Position numbers and translations under genes: made by a program | Assembly (NCBI GenBank): GCA_013265495.1 | Contig: MU058669.1 | Span: 186,001-250,000, forward strand | Reading direction: 5' to 3' | DNA: 64,000 nucleotides | Source: Vicugna vicugna | Lineage: Eukaryota | Shown: piece after piece, positions 36,910 to 50,474 of the stretch | Layout of the letters: each line of letters starts with the position of its first letter | Position numbering within the stretch: position 1 is the stretch's first letter | The notes under the pieces: model-generated | What the model saw: only the letters and a program-made list of their open reading frames with translations | Database searches by the model: none | What the model was told of the DNA's origin: nothing

Positions 36910-38788
36910 GAATCAGAAGAATGGACTGTGTATCAGGATAAGGGCCAGGAGATGCTGAGGATGAGAGAATGTGTGTGGGCCTGTTCTTGACGGAGAAGCC
37001 TCCTGGGGAAGATGACAGTTAAGCCAAGACCCAGGGGGGTAAAAATAGCGAGGACTTTTTCTAGAAACTGGACAAACCTGGAATTCAGGCCTCTGCTTCC
37101 CGGGCTGACTGATATTCCAGTGGTGGGGAAGCTGGGCTCTCAGCTCCAGCACGGGCAGACCCGCCAACCCCTTCTCTCCATCCTCAGGCAGGAGCTGGCG
37201 GGAGATCAGATGCAGCTTCAGTTCTAAGTAGCTCATGAACAAAGGCTGTAAAAGTTGCTAAGAAACCTGCTTTTTCTGAGGGCTCACCGTGTGTTCTTTT
37301 GTTTCTCTGGCATTGTGTGTGTGAGGGTGGGTGTGAGGTGTGCCCAGGGCTGTCACCCCGCCAGCCCTGAATCAAGTCAGACTTGAAGGTAAGAGCGGCA
37401 GGCTGCCTTGCCTTGAGCACCATCAGGGACCCCAGGTACTGCCAAGCCTGGCAGCCGGGGCATTGAGGGTGAACAAAAGAGGAGCCAGCTGCCTGAGGCC
37501 AGAGGTTGGCAGAGCTGGGAGCAGCTGCAGGAAGGAAGCTTTGGCTGCTGAGTCCTGTACCCGCTTCGCCAAAAGCCCAGAAGCACGAGGGTGGGAGACG
37601 CCAATAACAGAACCAGGAGGGGGTCCTGCTCCCATCCCCTTGCTGAGCTTGGAAAATAAATCCTTAACAAGATCAGGACCTTTGCAAAATATGAGCTGAA
37701 AGATTAGTAGAACCATAAGATTCCAGGCTGACCATCTAATTTGCTCCCCGTTTTCCCACTGTTGTAAGGAGAACTGGAGGCCTAGGCAACGGAAGGGACT
37801 TCCTCAAGGGCACATAGCATGTAACAAACACAGAGGAACTCACTATCGGGTCTGTGCACTGTGAGTGGAGGAAAAAAAGGCCTGAAGTGCAATCTGAAAC
37901 TCTATTATTCATCCATTTGTCCATTCACCACACTTACTGAGCCCAGGAGCCCCGAAGCCCCAACCCCAAACACATAGTGAGAAAAGAAGAATGCAGACCT
38001 TTGAGCGAGTTGCAGGATTCTCTGCTTCCCAGTGGGCATGCCAACACAACAGCCCTCCCGCCGTGTGTCCGCTAAGCGCTCTGTTCACCTGGGCTTCGTC
38101 TCTCACTCGCAGGCTTGGGAGAACCAGAGAGGGATGAGAGATGTGATCTCTCCTGTCTTCCCGCTTGCTGCAGGGAGAAAGGCTCTTTTCTCCTAGCGGT
38201 CAGTGACTTTGAAGAGGCACCTGAGGGCCAGCTGCCCTGGATTTGTTTCTCCCTCTGCAGGCCCCAGGTGCCTAGCATGTACTCAGCACCCCAAGCAAGT
38301 CATTCCTGGCTCTAGGTATCTGTCAGGCTCACAACCAACGCTCTCACCCTGCCCAGTTTAAAACCCTTGAATGGTTCTTGCTGCTTTTAAAATAACGTCC
38401 AGAGACTCCCTAACAAGGCCCACGAGGCCCTGCAGGGTCTGGCTTCTGTCTGCCCCTCCTTCTCACCTCCTCTTTCTCTCCCACTCTGCTCCAACCTCAC
38501 TGACGGCACACCTGCCACGGGTTTTTGCTCATGCTGCCCCTACACCTGGAATGTTTTCCCCTCCTTTCTTTTCCTTTTTCCCCAATAAAATCTTTTTAAA
38601 GAAACCATTACATTTTTTAAAAGAAAATTACCTTATTAATGAGTGGTGAAAGTTTTCAAACAAAAAAACAATGCAAGTTACAAAAGTAAATATCAACCCT
38701 CTTGTTCCAGGGCTCAAACCTGCTGCACGCAGCAGCCAGTGATCAGATTCCCCTTTCTGTTAATCAGCCTTCTCCAAGCCACGGTCCA

Positions 38789-38807
38789 CAGCGCCCTCTG
38801 GTGGGCT
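38789..38807 (-). promoter_or_regulatory. CTCF motif just past the GALNT10 3' end
   Basis: Minus strand AGCCCACCAGAGGGCGCTG. Confidence 0.7.
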
Positions 38808-39615
38808 CTGAGTGACAGCACCAGCCGGTAGCTTCTGCTCAGTCACCTGTAGCCCCACAAGACTCAACCACAGGACCAGAGGTGGAGCTAGAAGCATCAT
38901 TGAAACACTTCTCATTTCACCGTGTAAAACTGGGACCTAGACAGGGGGCAGGACTTGCACATGATCTCACTGAGTCTGTTGCAAAGCCGGGCCAGCCAGT
39001 GTTCTTTCCACCGCACCCTATTGTGTAATCTAATACTCAAAAGCATCACAATGTTTTGGTAAGCAGAGACTTGCGGCTGATGGGTGAGCATAAGAAATGA
39101 GCTAAGCTTGTTTTAAATTGTCACTGCCCTCCTGAAATCCTCTACTCCTGGATGTAGTCTTTAAGACCCTTTGTGGGCTACCCCACCTGAGTCTGCGAGC
39201 TCACCTTCAACATAGGAACTCCTTCCTGCCTCAGGGCCTTTGCACCATCTGTTTCCTTCACCTGGAACTCTCTTCTTCCAAACTGCTTCCTGGCTCATAC
39301 TCCCTCCTCATGTCATTCAGCTGTCATAGAGAGGCATTCCCAGACCGTCCTACCTGATGTTGGTTCCTACCCCAGTCTCTAAAATATCTTGTTTTTATAT
39401 CCTCCATAGCCCTATTCACATCTGAAATCACTGTGGTTAGTTGTTTTAGGTCTGGCTTCCTCTCTAGAATGATGGCTGTTGGGAATTTGTTCAGGACCCA
39501 GCAGAGGGCCCAGGCACTGAGTAAGTGCTCGAGGAATACGTTGGGGAATGATGGCATGGAGGATGGCGCAGGACAAGGAATTAGCCAGAGACCACGTTAG
39601 AGAAAAGTCTGGAGG

Positions 39616-39621
39616 TTTACT
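39616..39621 (-). terminator. Candidate GALNT10 distal poly(A) signal (variant AGTAAA, ~3.9 kb 3' UTR)
   Basis: TGTACAACTGTGATTGTGACTGTTGCTG-AGTAAA on the minus strand, at the edge of the repeat-poor UTR-like segment. A canonical AATAAA also lies at 41520-41525. Confidence 0.45.
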
Positions 39622-42574
39622 CAGCAACAGTCACAATCACAGTTGTACATGGTAACTCAGGTCTTCACAAAGGCTCACTTTTCCAGGCAGGAGATGAGAG
39701 GTTGGCGGCCTCGGGCTTTCTTTATGGAATATGTCTGACTTCTCAAATATTCCCAGCCTGGAATCCCACTGGAATCCGGCTTCAAGCCTACCGCAGAGCA
39801 GAAGCCTGACCCTGTTGTCTGGCCCGGCTGAATCAAAGCCATTTGTGGAGTGGATGTTAAGAGGACCTTGTCACTTAGAACGTAGGTCCAACTCCCACCC
39901 CAGAGGTGGCAGTGGGCCTTGGCTCAGGATGAAGTTTGAACTAAAATGTTCCTTGGATTTTTCACATGAAAAAGCATCAGCTGAAAGCAGAAAGGAACTC
40001 CAGAACAACACTCACTCCTTGCCCCTCTCCCACACTCGAATCTTCAGAAAACTTAATTAAAAATGCATTGCCTCCTAAGAATTATAAAAGATCACCCAAT
40101 CTGTACAAACTAGGGATTGCTGAAGCAAGGAACCCAGAATTCTCAGTTCCTACTGTCAAGTCTTTGCCACTCAGAATTTCTAACTCCAGAGACTGGAAAA
40201 ATGGAGATGCACAGGAAGAAATTTGAGCCACTTAAGAAAAAGAAATTCAACAGGGAGGAGGGTTTGAAAAGTGAATATGACGTGGACGTTGGGAACCCAC
40301 GTGCTACATCTTCAGCAAGAACCGCCCTTTCTCCCTAGGTCCTAATGTCATATCCCCCATCAGATCTCTTCTGTGGATGTATCCCTTTCTGCCTCTGAGC
40401 TATTTCTTCCTAAAATGGGGAATTGACAATTTCCGGACTGTTTTAAAAGTTGAAAACCCCAACGGGAGGCACAAAGTGGAGTGGCTGTTCACACTCATGC
40501 TTGCACACGCAGCCACCTGCAAGGCTTTGTATGTACAGCAAAGATGTTCTTTGCATTCCTAAATGTTTCTGGACTCTCCCTTTGGAAAGGCTACTGGTGG
40601 GCCACACAGGCACGAGACTTCCTAGCCACACCCTGTTTTCTGACCTCAGGCTTAGAAGAAAGGCTTCAGAGGAAAAGGGGTCCACGTTCTCACCCATTAA
40701 CAGGCTGACAGCACCTCCACAGGCTCCTGGCTGTTTTCCTGAGCATCAGCCGGGGTGGTGCAGGGACCTGGATCCTTGAAACAGGTGGTTTTGCCAAATG
40801 AAGACAGAACAATGAGTGGCTAGTATGTGCGATCCGTTGGTTAGTTAACAAACACCTTCTCTCCTTCCTTCCCGATTACCTGCTATGTCAAGTCACAGCA
40901 CCTGCAGCCATGGGCTCAGCAATTACAAATGCCACAGTGCTCAGAGGACCTGCCCATCCCTGCTGACGGTGCAAAACCAGACTCAAAAAGAGAACCGAGG
41001 GATGGAAAAGAGGATAGCTGAGGACTGCTTGCTGTTGCTCCTGCTTTCCATATGCATCCCTGTCTTGCAGAGAACACTGTCTCCGCTTGGAGTGGGACCA
41101 TTTGGAAATCTAGCCAGTGCTCTGCACTCCACCTGGGGGCTAGGATGGGAGACTTCAGGCGTGGCTTCCAAACAGGGCCTCTCCCAGGGACTGCTGAGGC
41201 CCTTCTTGGCCACAGACTACACAAGTTGTCCAGCTGCCCTTTAAATTCGGGGTGTCACTCTCACTCAGTGGAACACCTTCTGGCCTCTGGCCCTTGGGGG
41301 CCATCTCCGTCCTAGATTCTGCTCTGGGCCCAACGCCTCCTGCTTGAGGTCAGACATTAAGAAACACACTCATCCGACAGGAACTGCACACACCACCAAA
41401 AATGTTCCCCCTCCCCCAACCCTGCCCCTTTATGTTTGTCTAGCAAGGCACTAGGAAATGATTCAAGTTTCGGGATTGGCTGTACATTTGCATTTTTTTT
41501 CTTTTTAAAAGGCACAGTTTTTATTTTAATGATGCTGCTCTACTTTGAGGATGCATCCTAACTCACCTCTCCCAAACTGCAACACTTGCTATCCTAGATT
41601 CTGGAAGGGGCCTCATCTTTTGACTCCTTCGCATTGAGGGCCACCTGTAAGGACAGAGCACTCACTTGGACAAGCAAGCTTGGCAAGCCCGGGGCTGCCT
41701 CTCCTGCGGCAGGACAGGGGCTGGAGCAGGGCTTGTGCTGAGGCAGATGTGGAAGTGACGCTTTGCCAGCTACACGCTTATTCAGGGTGGTAGTGGTTGG
41801 GTTTCCTTCCCTCCCCAGCTGACTGATGGCCTTGAGATCAGCCTGCATTGCAGAAGCAGATTCGTGGCTCTGCTCCCACATTTGTGCCTCAGTTATTTCA
41901 TTAGTAAATAACACAACTGAGAGGCTCGACTCTAAGTGGAATACTGATTTCAAGGGCCTCCTGGGCTAGCTGCTGGGAGCCACGGGCTATAGAAGGTGAT
42001 TTCCATTTTGGAATCAGTGGGTGGGAGGCTGGTTACAGAAACCCTTCCTGTTAGTTTGGGAGCCCTCTGGGAGTCTGACACAAAATTAACAAAGCAAGAG
42101 GTGAACACAAAGGACGGGCATGGAGCTGGGTGCACACCTGTTCGTGGGACACTGGGGCCTGCTCTCCACTGCGGCTGCGGCCTTGGTGGGAGGTGGCAGG
42201 CGTCAGGTCTGGGCCGAGGACCGGGACACACCAAGGCCTCCAGTACGAGCTGATGGACCGCAACACCACCAACCTCGGACTTAGATTATGTCTAGGCTGG
42301 GGGCTGCCTTGCACGTATCACCCTTGGCTGGCTCTTTCCATCACAGCATTCTAAAAATCCATATTGGATGTGAGAATACCAGAATCCCATGTGGCATTCG
42401 AGCCTATGATCAAATTACAGAGTTCTTTAAAAATCCTCAAGTTCCATATGAAACCCAGAACCATGATGAGTCAGATGCTAGGCACTGTGCCCACGGTCCA
42501 CCCTGGAGGCTTCTGGACTTTGTGAGGTGAACACCCGACACCTCTGTTCCTCTCTTGTGGCAGGTAATTGCCCG

Positions 42575-42621
42575 AGAGAGAGAAGAGAGGGAGAGAGAGA
42601 GAGGAGACAGAGACAGAGAGA
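42575..42621. repeat. GA-rich simple repeat in the GALNT10 3' UTR
   Basis: gagagagaagagagggagagagagagaggagacagagacagagaga. Confidence 0.85.
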
Positions 42622-43514
42622 AATGGAAGCACTGATGAGGGAAATTCAGCCAGAATTTCTAGTTTGGAGGGCTCCTACCAGGCCTGTGCCACAGGCTCAA
42701 GACCACGTGAAATGCAGCCCTGAAAAGCTGGTGGCCGGGCTGTCCTGTGCCTGGATGGCACGGGAATGGGCATTTCTGGTACCCCGAGGGCAAGGGGAGA
42801 GCCCCCAGATGTCCATGGTGCAAAGGAATGTCTGGGGGTCCCGCTTCTAACCCCAGGCCTGGCAGCTGGCCCGTGTTGAGTACTGAACACTCTGAGGGCC
42901 CCAGGTATGGCCTTCGACTGCGTCTCCTGGGCTGTGACAGAGAACAGACGCTAGGCAGTAACTGCAGTTATCCCAAAGCAGGCAAAAATTTAAAAGGCTG
43001 AAACCAGTGGCCCGCAGAAAGACTTCCTTCCCTTCTGCTACGGGTGGCACTGGTGCTAAAAGCAGCCCCCCAAAAGACAGAATTTGTCTCTCTTTCTAAA
43101 GGACCATCATTAAAGAGTCAATGGAAGGCCAGGCAGCATCGCAGGACCCCCTTCTGGGTGGCCGCGGGCTGCCCTGGCACTCCTCCGGAATGATGCCCCA
43201 GGGAAAGAGGTGACTGAGCTGAAAAGGCTCTCCAGGGTTTCCGGATTTCCACGATGCCGTCAGGGGTGGAGCAAGCTCCGTGCCCTCAGGGGGCCTCCTG
43301 TGGGGTCTGCTCTCCACTGCAGCTCCATCACTCAGGGCCCCCCGGGCCAGGGGGACACCTTGCCCAGCTTCAAGAGTCCCCTCTGCCCTGACCCGGTGGG
43401 CCAGCACCTCTTCCATGACGGGGCCCACGATAGCCCCGCCTCCGTCGGGAGAGGGTGGCGGCGGCAGTGAGTGCCGGAGGGGACCCTGCCAGGCCTGGAC
43501 GGGAACCGGAGGGC

Positions 43515-43673
43515 TCAGCTGCTGTTGAATTTTTCCAGGACTGTTGAGTTGGTGTGTTCGAACAGCCACTGCTGGGTGGGGGAGGAGGGGTTGCAGGCGT
43601 TCATGAAGATCCTGTGGTCGCTTTCACTGCAGTCCATGCAGCTGCCACTGACGGGGTGGTACAGGGTCTTGTC
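43515..43673 (-). CDS. GALNT10: GALNT10 terminal coding exon (ricin-B lectin gamma repeat)
   Basis: [55 protein letters not shown], with a QxW motif. Confidence 0.95.
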   Translation of the reverse strand, partial: DKTLYHPVSGSCMDCSESDHRIFMNACNPSSPTQQWLFEHTNSTVLEKFNSS

Positions 43674-44169
43674 CTGCAAAACAGGGAGGTTATCAGCCCG
43701 GCAGTGCTGGGACATGGACAAGCAGCAGCGGCAACAGCAGGGAGGCAGAGAGGCTCCCAGGCCTGTCTGAGCTTCCTCCTGAGCACACAGCGGACACTGC
43801 CCCCTTCCCTCGCTGTTGGCCTTGCCTCGGGCCTGAGTTGTGCCCTCCGGGATGCGGGCAGAAGTGACGCATGTTGCTTCCAGGCCGGGACCCTAATCAC
43901 TGCCCATCTCCAGTCAAATTTCATTGGCTCTCAGGGCGGTTTTCTTTAAAAAAAAAAAAGGACTCAGTTGCCAACATTTACGATTCTAGAGATTTCACAA
44001 TCCAGAAAGCTGGATTTCTGGCTTCTTTTGAATGACAGGAGAGCTGGGCACGGTAGGTTTGTGGACCAAATGCAGAAGTGAGGGGATCTGGGGAGGAGTG
44101 AGGCACCACATTGCTTTTTTTCTTTTTAAAATCAAGCTGGCTTCCCCGATCCCCGGCGCGGCCACTTAC

Positions 44170-44319
44170 TTTGCGGTATTTCCACAGCTGGTTGCCCTTC
44201 ATGCTGTGGCAGTCGTAGAGGGTGACAGGGCTGGTGTGGGAGATGGCGTCAAAGCAGAATTTCTTGGTGTGCTGGGGGTCTCCAGGCCGGATGTCCTCTC
44301 TCCAGGTGAAGGTGAACAC
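44170..44319 (-). CDS. GALNT10: GALNT10 penultimate exon (lectin beta repeat)
   Basis: [59 protein letters not shown], 150 nt. Confidence 0.96.
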
Positions 44320-44726
44320 CTGCGCACACAGGGACAGGATGATCGGACGGCAAAGTTAGGGGACTTTGTCTTTTGGTAATTATGGAAAATTTTACACATG
44401 GCAGTCCAGAAAAAGTATACTGACCACACCTGTTCCGATGGCCTGACTTCTGTGATTACCAACTCACGGCCAATCTTGTTAGAGAGCCGCTCCTCTGCCG
44501 CCCACCCCCACCTGTACATTATTTTGAAGCAAATCCTGGACATCGTATCATGTCAGGGGTAAATACTTCAGTCAGTGCCATGATAACAATGAGAAGTTAC
44601 CCCAAAGCCCTCAAAATCATCAAATATCCAGAGTTCAAGTGTTCCCGGACTGACTGACATATTTCTTTTCACAGTCTGTTTGAATCAGGATCCAAACCAG
44701 GTTCACATATTGTATTTGACTGGTAA

Positions 44727-46745
44727 ACTTTTTTTTTTCCAGAAGCTTTAGTGAAGAATAATTGGCATGAAATAAACTGCACACATTCAAAGTGTACAGT
44801 GATACGTTTTGACATATGTTTACACCTGCAAAACCATTATCATCAAGGTAATGGACATAAGATACCTATCACCCCCAAAGCGTCCCCAGGCCCCTCTGTA
44901 ATCTTTTCCTCCTGTCCCTCCTCACTCCCTGTGCCCCGGGTCACCCCGCATCTGTTTCTTGTTTTTAGAGATTAGTTTGCAATTTCTGGAATTTTAAATA
45001 AAAGGAATTACACAGTATATTCAGTATATATTCTTTTTTTTGATGTGATTTCTTTCATTCAACATAATTTTGTTGAGATTCACCCATGTAATAACAGCAT
45101 TTATCAGCAGTTCATTCCCTGTCATTGCCAAGCAGTACTTCAGTGCGTGGTACTCAATTTATCTGTTCTTGGATATTCGGGTTGTTTCCAGTTTTTCGAT
45201 ATTACAAATAGAGCTGCTATGCACATGCATGTACAAGTCACTGTATGGACATACACAACATTTCTTTTCTCTTGGATAAATCCCTCCATGTGCAGTGGCT
45301 GGATCATGTGATGAATCAACATGTAACTTTCTAAAAAACTGCCAGGCTGTTCCAAAGTAGCTGTGCCACTCACATCCCATCAGCAGTGTATGGGCCCAAT
45401 TCACCGACATCCTTGCTTTTAATAGGTTATCATTTTAATTTCCATTTATCTAATAAATGATGAAGTATTTTTGATGTGCTTATTTGCCATTGATAGACCT
45501 TCTTTGCTAAAATGTCTGTGCCTATTTTAAAATTGCATTGCTTCTTTTCTCACTGAATTTTGAATATTCTAGATGTAAGTTCTTTATCAGATACATGCTT
45601 TGTAAACATTTTCTCCTGGTCTGTGGCTTGCCTTTCTATTTTCTCAAGTCTCCGTTTAAGAACAAAAGTTTTTCATTTTGAAGAAGTCCAACTTATCAGT
45701 GTTTTTCTTTTGTGAATTGTGCTTTTGTTGTTTTATCTAAGGAATCATTGCTTGGGTTACCAAGGTCACAAACACTTTTGCCTATGTTTTCTTCTAACAG
45801 ATTTTGTTTGAGGTTTTATGTTTGCTCCATTTATGAATGCTCCATTTTGAGTTAATATTTGTCTATAGTATATGGTATTTATTAAAAAATTTTTTTTGCA
45901 TATGTGTGCATCATTTGTTGAAAAGATTATATATTCTGCACTGAATTTCCTTTAAACATCTCCAAAAATTGGTTGTCCATATATGACTGGGTCTATTTTT
46001 GGACTCTATTCTGTTCCATTGATCTTATGTCAACATGAAACTGTTTTAATTACTGATACTTTATGATGCATCATGGAATCAAGTAGTGTTAAGCCTTTAA
46101 TTTTGTACTTCTTTTGAAATTTTGTTTTGGCTGCTTTACATTCTGTCCATTTCCATGAGAATTTTAGAATCAGCTTCTCAATTTCTATAAAAAAGCCTAC
46201 CAGAATGTTAGGGTTGTGCTGCCTTTAGATATTTGTTTGGAAAAAACTGACATCAGTAGAGTCTGCCAACCTACGAACATGGTATATGTCTTCATTTATT
46301 TAGAAGTTCTTTAATTTCTATCAGAAATGTTTTGTAGCTTTCAGTATGCAGGTTTTTCACATCTTTTGTCAGTTACATATCTGAGTATTTCATATTTTTT
46401 TATTGTGAGAGCTTATTTTAATTTCTGATTCTTCATTATTAGTATATAGAAAAACAACTGATTTTTTTTATCTTGCAATTTTGCTAAACTCAGTTACTAG
46501 TTCTGGTAGCTTCCCTGTAGATTCTACTGAATTTTCTTTTTTAAAAATTTACTTTATTTTCATTTTATTTATTTTTTTGAAGTGGGGAGGTAATTAGGTT
46601 TATTTATTGACTTTTTTTTAAATGAAGGTACTGGGGATTGAACCCAGGACCTCACGTATGCTAAGCAGACACTACCAGTGAGCTATACCCTCCCCTCTCC
46701 CACTGAATTTTATACATAGATAATCATACAATCTGCAAATAAAGA
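44727..46745 (-). mobile_element. Old L1M fragment (~2 kb) in a GALNT10 intron
   Basis: Reverse-complement L1 3' UTR and ORF2 motifs, e.g. 'aaactgccaggctgttccaaagtagctgtgcca', 'gggtctatttttggactctattctgttccattgatc', 'aattttagaatcagctt'. Confidence 0.85.
46536..46701 (-). mobile_element. Full-length tRNA-derived SINE (camelid Vic-1-like) with 10-bp TSD
   Basis: Minus strand GGGGAGGGTATAGCTCACTGGTAG...GGTCCTGGGTTCAATCCCCAGTACC...AATAAATAAACCTAATTACCTCCCC plus an A-rich tail, with Pol III A and B boxes. TSD ACTGAATTTT at 46526-46535 and 46702-46711. Confidence 0.9.
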
Positions 46746-46877
46746 CAGGTAGGGCCCATGTGTGCGCCCTGCACCATCTGACCCTCTGCTTTTGCAAAGG
46801 ACCTGCATCACAGGCTTGTATCAGTGTACACTCCCCAAATGCCAGAAAATCCACAACGGCACAGGAGCAGCCCTTAC

Positions 46878-46994
46878 CTGCATGTTGTTCCAGGCAGCCT
46901 CCCCGCGGCCCCGGACGCAGCTCTCCAGCCTCAGCGGGGAGCCCAGGGCCCCGTGCTTTGTGTCTGTGCACAGCCCTGTGCCCACGTTGCGGAT
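46878..46994 (-). CDS. GALNT10: GALNT10 exon (lectin alpha repeat)
   Basis: CAG|IRNVGTGLCTDTKHGALGSPLRLESCVRGRGEAAWNNMQ|GTAAGG, 117 nt. Confidence 0.96.
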
Positions 46995-47699
46995 CTGGGC
47001 AAGAAAGAAGGGAAGAGTGGACCAGTGAGGCACCTTGAGATACCCACTGGGGCCCCCGCCGGGGTGGAAGGAGGGAACCAAGGCAGAGGCATCACCTGGG
47101 CTGAGCTCTGAATCGTCCCCACAAAGCTTGCCCTGATTTGGTGAACAGGCCCTGAGCCTCTCGATAAAGGAACACTCGGTCCGCAGAACGCAGCTCTGCT
47201 AAACCCTGCTCTGTCTTAGAGTGTGCGGGGTCCTGGGGGTGAGAGGGTTTAGAAGGAGGGCTCCCAGAGAATTCAATCCATAGGTCCAGAAATAAAAGTT
47301 TACCCACATTCCAGAGGATCTACAGGCTCTACCTTGAAAACCACCCTAGAAAAGGTGTAAGGTCTTTGCTGTCAGGGCCTTGGACTCTGCCTTTTAGGGC
47401 AGGTGAAATGCAGGATCCGAAGGAGAGCAGTGGTCTCACTAGGACGGGGCTGCTGTGGTGGGGAGAAGGACGGGGGAGTGTGGGGGCCTAGGTGCTCAGC
47501 CAGCATGCCCACGGGCAGGCCACCATGCTAGGTGCCGGTGTCACGGTGGGGAGTCCCCAGTTCACAGACATCACTCCTGGTTTCACTGCGGGGTCGGGAG
47601 GATGGCAGCTGTGAAAAGGCCCCACAGCAATGTCCCACTGCAGGGAGTCTGATGCCCAGCTGCTGTGTTCTGCACCCACCACCATGTCTGAGAAGAGGC

Positions 47700-48030
47700 C
47701 ACAGCCCCATGGGAGGCCTCCAGCCAGTGCCTAAGGTGGCTAGCCCATTCCTGGGAGATGTGGACTCCTCTGGCCGGTGATGTGGCCTGAAGACTGCCCA
47801 TTAACGTGGCCAGACTTCCTCGGAGCCTACCTGCAGGCTGGGCCCTTCCTACCCCAGCCTGCCTCCCTCGCCTCTCCCCTTCCAGAGGGCAGACCAGCAT
47901 CACGGTCTGACAGCTCTCCCAGCCGCACCAGGCTCCCTGCTCATTTTTTCTCTTAGGTGTCTTTCCAAAAAAGCCTCTTGTATGTCCAGTGCCATCTTGG
48001 TGCCTCCTTCTCAGAGGACCTGAACTAACA
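47700..48030 (+). mobile_element. ERVL LTR16-like solo LTR remnant
   Basis: 3' end 'ccatcttggtgcctccttctcagaggacctgaactaaca'. The 5' boundary is uncertain. Confidence 0.55.
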
Positions 48031-49784
48031 TGGGGGAGAAAGCCAATAAAGCGGCAAAGAAACGAAGAGCTTCATGAGGGAAATCGAGACAACACCTCCT
48101 CTAGAAAACCTGTGTTGGTGTCGGGTGGTGCTGGGCAGACGGCGACAACTGAGTCGGGAAAGGTCCCCCTAATTTGCTGTGTGAATGTGAACACGGGACA
48201 CCTGGTGTTTCTGCTGGCCCAACACGTGTCTCTCCTTCCTCTGGTGACAACACCTTAATTTTCCCATGGGGCCACGACTCCTGACCCACCCGGTGGCCAG
48301 AGTGAGCCTCCTCCCCTTGCTCCCCCTTCCTCCAACAGCCACAGTAACGGGTGCAGGAGCCAAGAACCAGACTTCGCTCCTGGACCTCTGCTGGCTCTCC
48401 CGGGAGAGAGGTGTTTACTGCCTGCTGGGGTGGCCAAGCTGGGGGTTTGTCAGCCGGACGCTTCTGGGCTCCATCTTGCTACTCTCGGCCCGAGGCCAGC
48501 ACAAAGGGGAGTGCAGTTAAGCAGGAGAAAAAGAGACTGACATCATTTGAGCCCCCGGATCCAGGCATTTGCAGCTGAAGACACAGCTATCCAAGGCTCC
48601 TATGGGAATCCGTAAATCCCCCCTTTTCACTTTAAAAAGAATTTCGGGTGCTCACAACGCTTATGCTTTTGCGCCCCTGCCACGAGCCCCAGTACATCCA
48701 TCTCTCTCTCAGCTGGAGACTTGGGAGCCAGGATCTGGTGCTGCAGGGCTTCTCCCTAACGTAAGACTCTCCTCCTCCAGCAGGACAGCTCTGGGTGTGG
48801 GACTCGGGCAGCCACCCAGGACCCCTTATTCAGAGTCTGTTTACTTTAAAGCTCTACTGTTGCTGTCTTAAATGCTCTAAAGACTTTATCTTTGAGCCTG
48901 TAAGTGAGATCTGCCGGGACCACGGAGCATGAGGTGACAAATGCTATGGGAGCATCTGCTGTTCCTTTCTGCTGAGTTTACACACAACACCTGCGATTCC
49001 CCGCAAGTCCCGGGGTCCCACATGCACGGGAGCTCAGTGAGACTCAAAGCGAGGACGGGGGAGCCCATCATAGCTATGACTAAGTGGGGGCACCTGCATG
49101 TCCCAGAGGCCACGCCCTCCTTTCCAACAGCACTGGCTTCAGCTGCACAAAGAAGAGCAGTGGTGGTCAGAGACACAGGAGGGACCCGGGAACTCCATCA
49201 TGTCCTGTCTTACTTGAGTTACTTCCCTGGATGAGCCAATCACTTCAGCAGCAGGGAAGAGCACAGAAGGAAGGGAAAGATGGGGCACCTACAGTTCCTC
49301 TTCCTTTGGCTCAGCCTCACTCCTCAGCAAGCCCACGATAGAGAGCATGGATAGGGCTCGTACAGTATCATGAAGTGAAATAAAAACAGCTGAGTTAGTT
49401 TTGTGCAGTGTTTCCACTGTCCTGGTAAGAAACACATATGGCAAGGAAAAGGTTTAAAATACAGATGGTGAAATTTCACCCATTCTGCACCTGAGTTAAA
49501 TGCTCTCTTTGCCTTTAAAACTAGCACCGCAAAATACAAAGATGAGTGGTGAAATCCATGCTAATAATGTGAAGTTCTAATTTTCTCTACTTATAACATT
49601 AAATATCAAACAACAAAAAACACCACAACGAGGCTAGGTGACCACAGAAAGCAAAGAACAAGACATATGTGTTTTGTATCTCTCTGCTTTTTCCCTGACT
49701 TGTGGATGGGGGGGTCTGCGCGCGCATTTTGCACGGGGCACCCCGGGCCCCAATTATGCGGCTGGCTCCGCCCGCCAGGCTCAC

Positions 49785-50006
49785 CTCCCCCCAGGCTGCG
49801 GCTGGAGGCTCCACCGGTGGGTAGAACTTGGGCAGGTCCCAGGCGATCTTGGTCATAAACCACTTGAAACTCTTGCAGTTAAGGGAGCTGCGGAGCTTTT
49901 TCTGGGCAGCTACGTCCCCAGCCGAGAGGTGGCGGTACTCAGGCCGGCGCTGGTAGATGTGTTCCGCATACTCGTCCATCCACACCTCTGCCACTCGCTT
50001 TAGGTT
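49785..50006 (-). CDS. GALNT10: GALNT10 exon (end of catalytic domain and linker)
   Basis: [83 protein letters not shown], 222 nt, with the GalNAc-T motifs VWMDEY and CKSFKWF. Confidence 0.97.
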
Positions 50007-50091
50007 CTGGAGGGGACAGGCAGGTGCAAGGGTCAGGCTCTCTGAAGGGCTGAGGCCAGCAGTGGGTGCAAAAGGATTAAGCCTTCTATAT

Positions 50092-50474
50092 ATGTATATA
50101 AATTATTACTTTTTTCATTGTAGTCAGTTTACAATGTTGCCTCAATCTCTGGTGTACAGCATAATGCTTCAGTCATACATGCACATACATATATTCGTTT
50201 TCAAATTCTTTTTCACCATAAACTACTACAAGATATTGAATATAGTTCCCTGTACTATACAGTATAAACCTGTTGTTTATCTATTTTATATATAGTAGTT
50301 AGTATGTGCAAATCTCAAACTCCCAATTTATCCCTTCCCACCCTCTTCCTCTCTGGTAACCATAAGTTTGTTTTCTATATCTGTGAATCTGTTCCTGTTT
50401 TATAAATAAGTTCTTTTTTTTTTAGATTCTACATATAAGTGATATCACATGGTATTTTTCTTTCTCTTTCTGGC
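50092..50474 (-). mobile_element. 5'-truncated young L1 3' end with perfect 13-bp TSD
   Basis: TSD AAGCCTTCTATAT at 50079-50091 and 50475-50487. The interior is homologous to 34777-35030. Confidence 0.9.

Noticed and set aside
43096..43569. 157-aa alternative-frame ORF overlapping the GALNT10 stop; possible stop read-through
   Set aside because: GC-rich UTR, non-ATG start, and the stop context TGA-GCC is not the CTAG read-through motif.
46625..46695. tRNA gene-like sequences (also at 59855-59926)
   Set aside because: They have SINE tails (and a TSD at 46.6 kb) and diverged stems, so they are SINEs, not tRNA genes.
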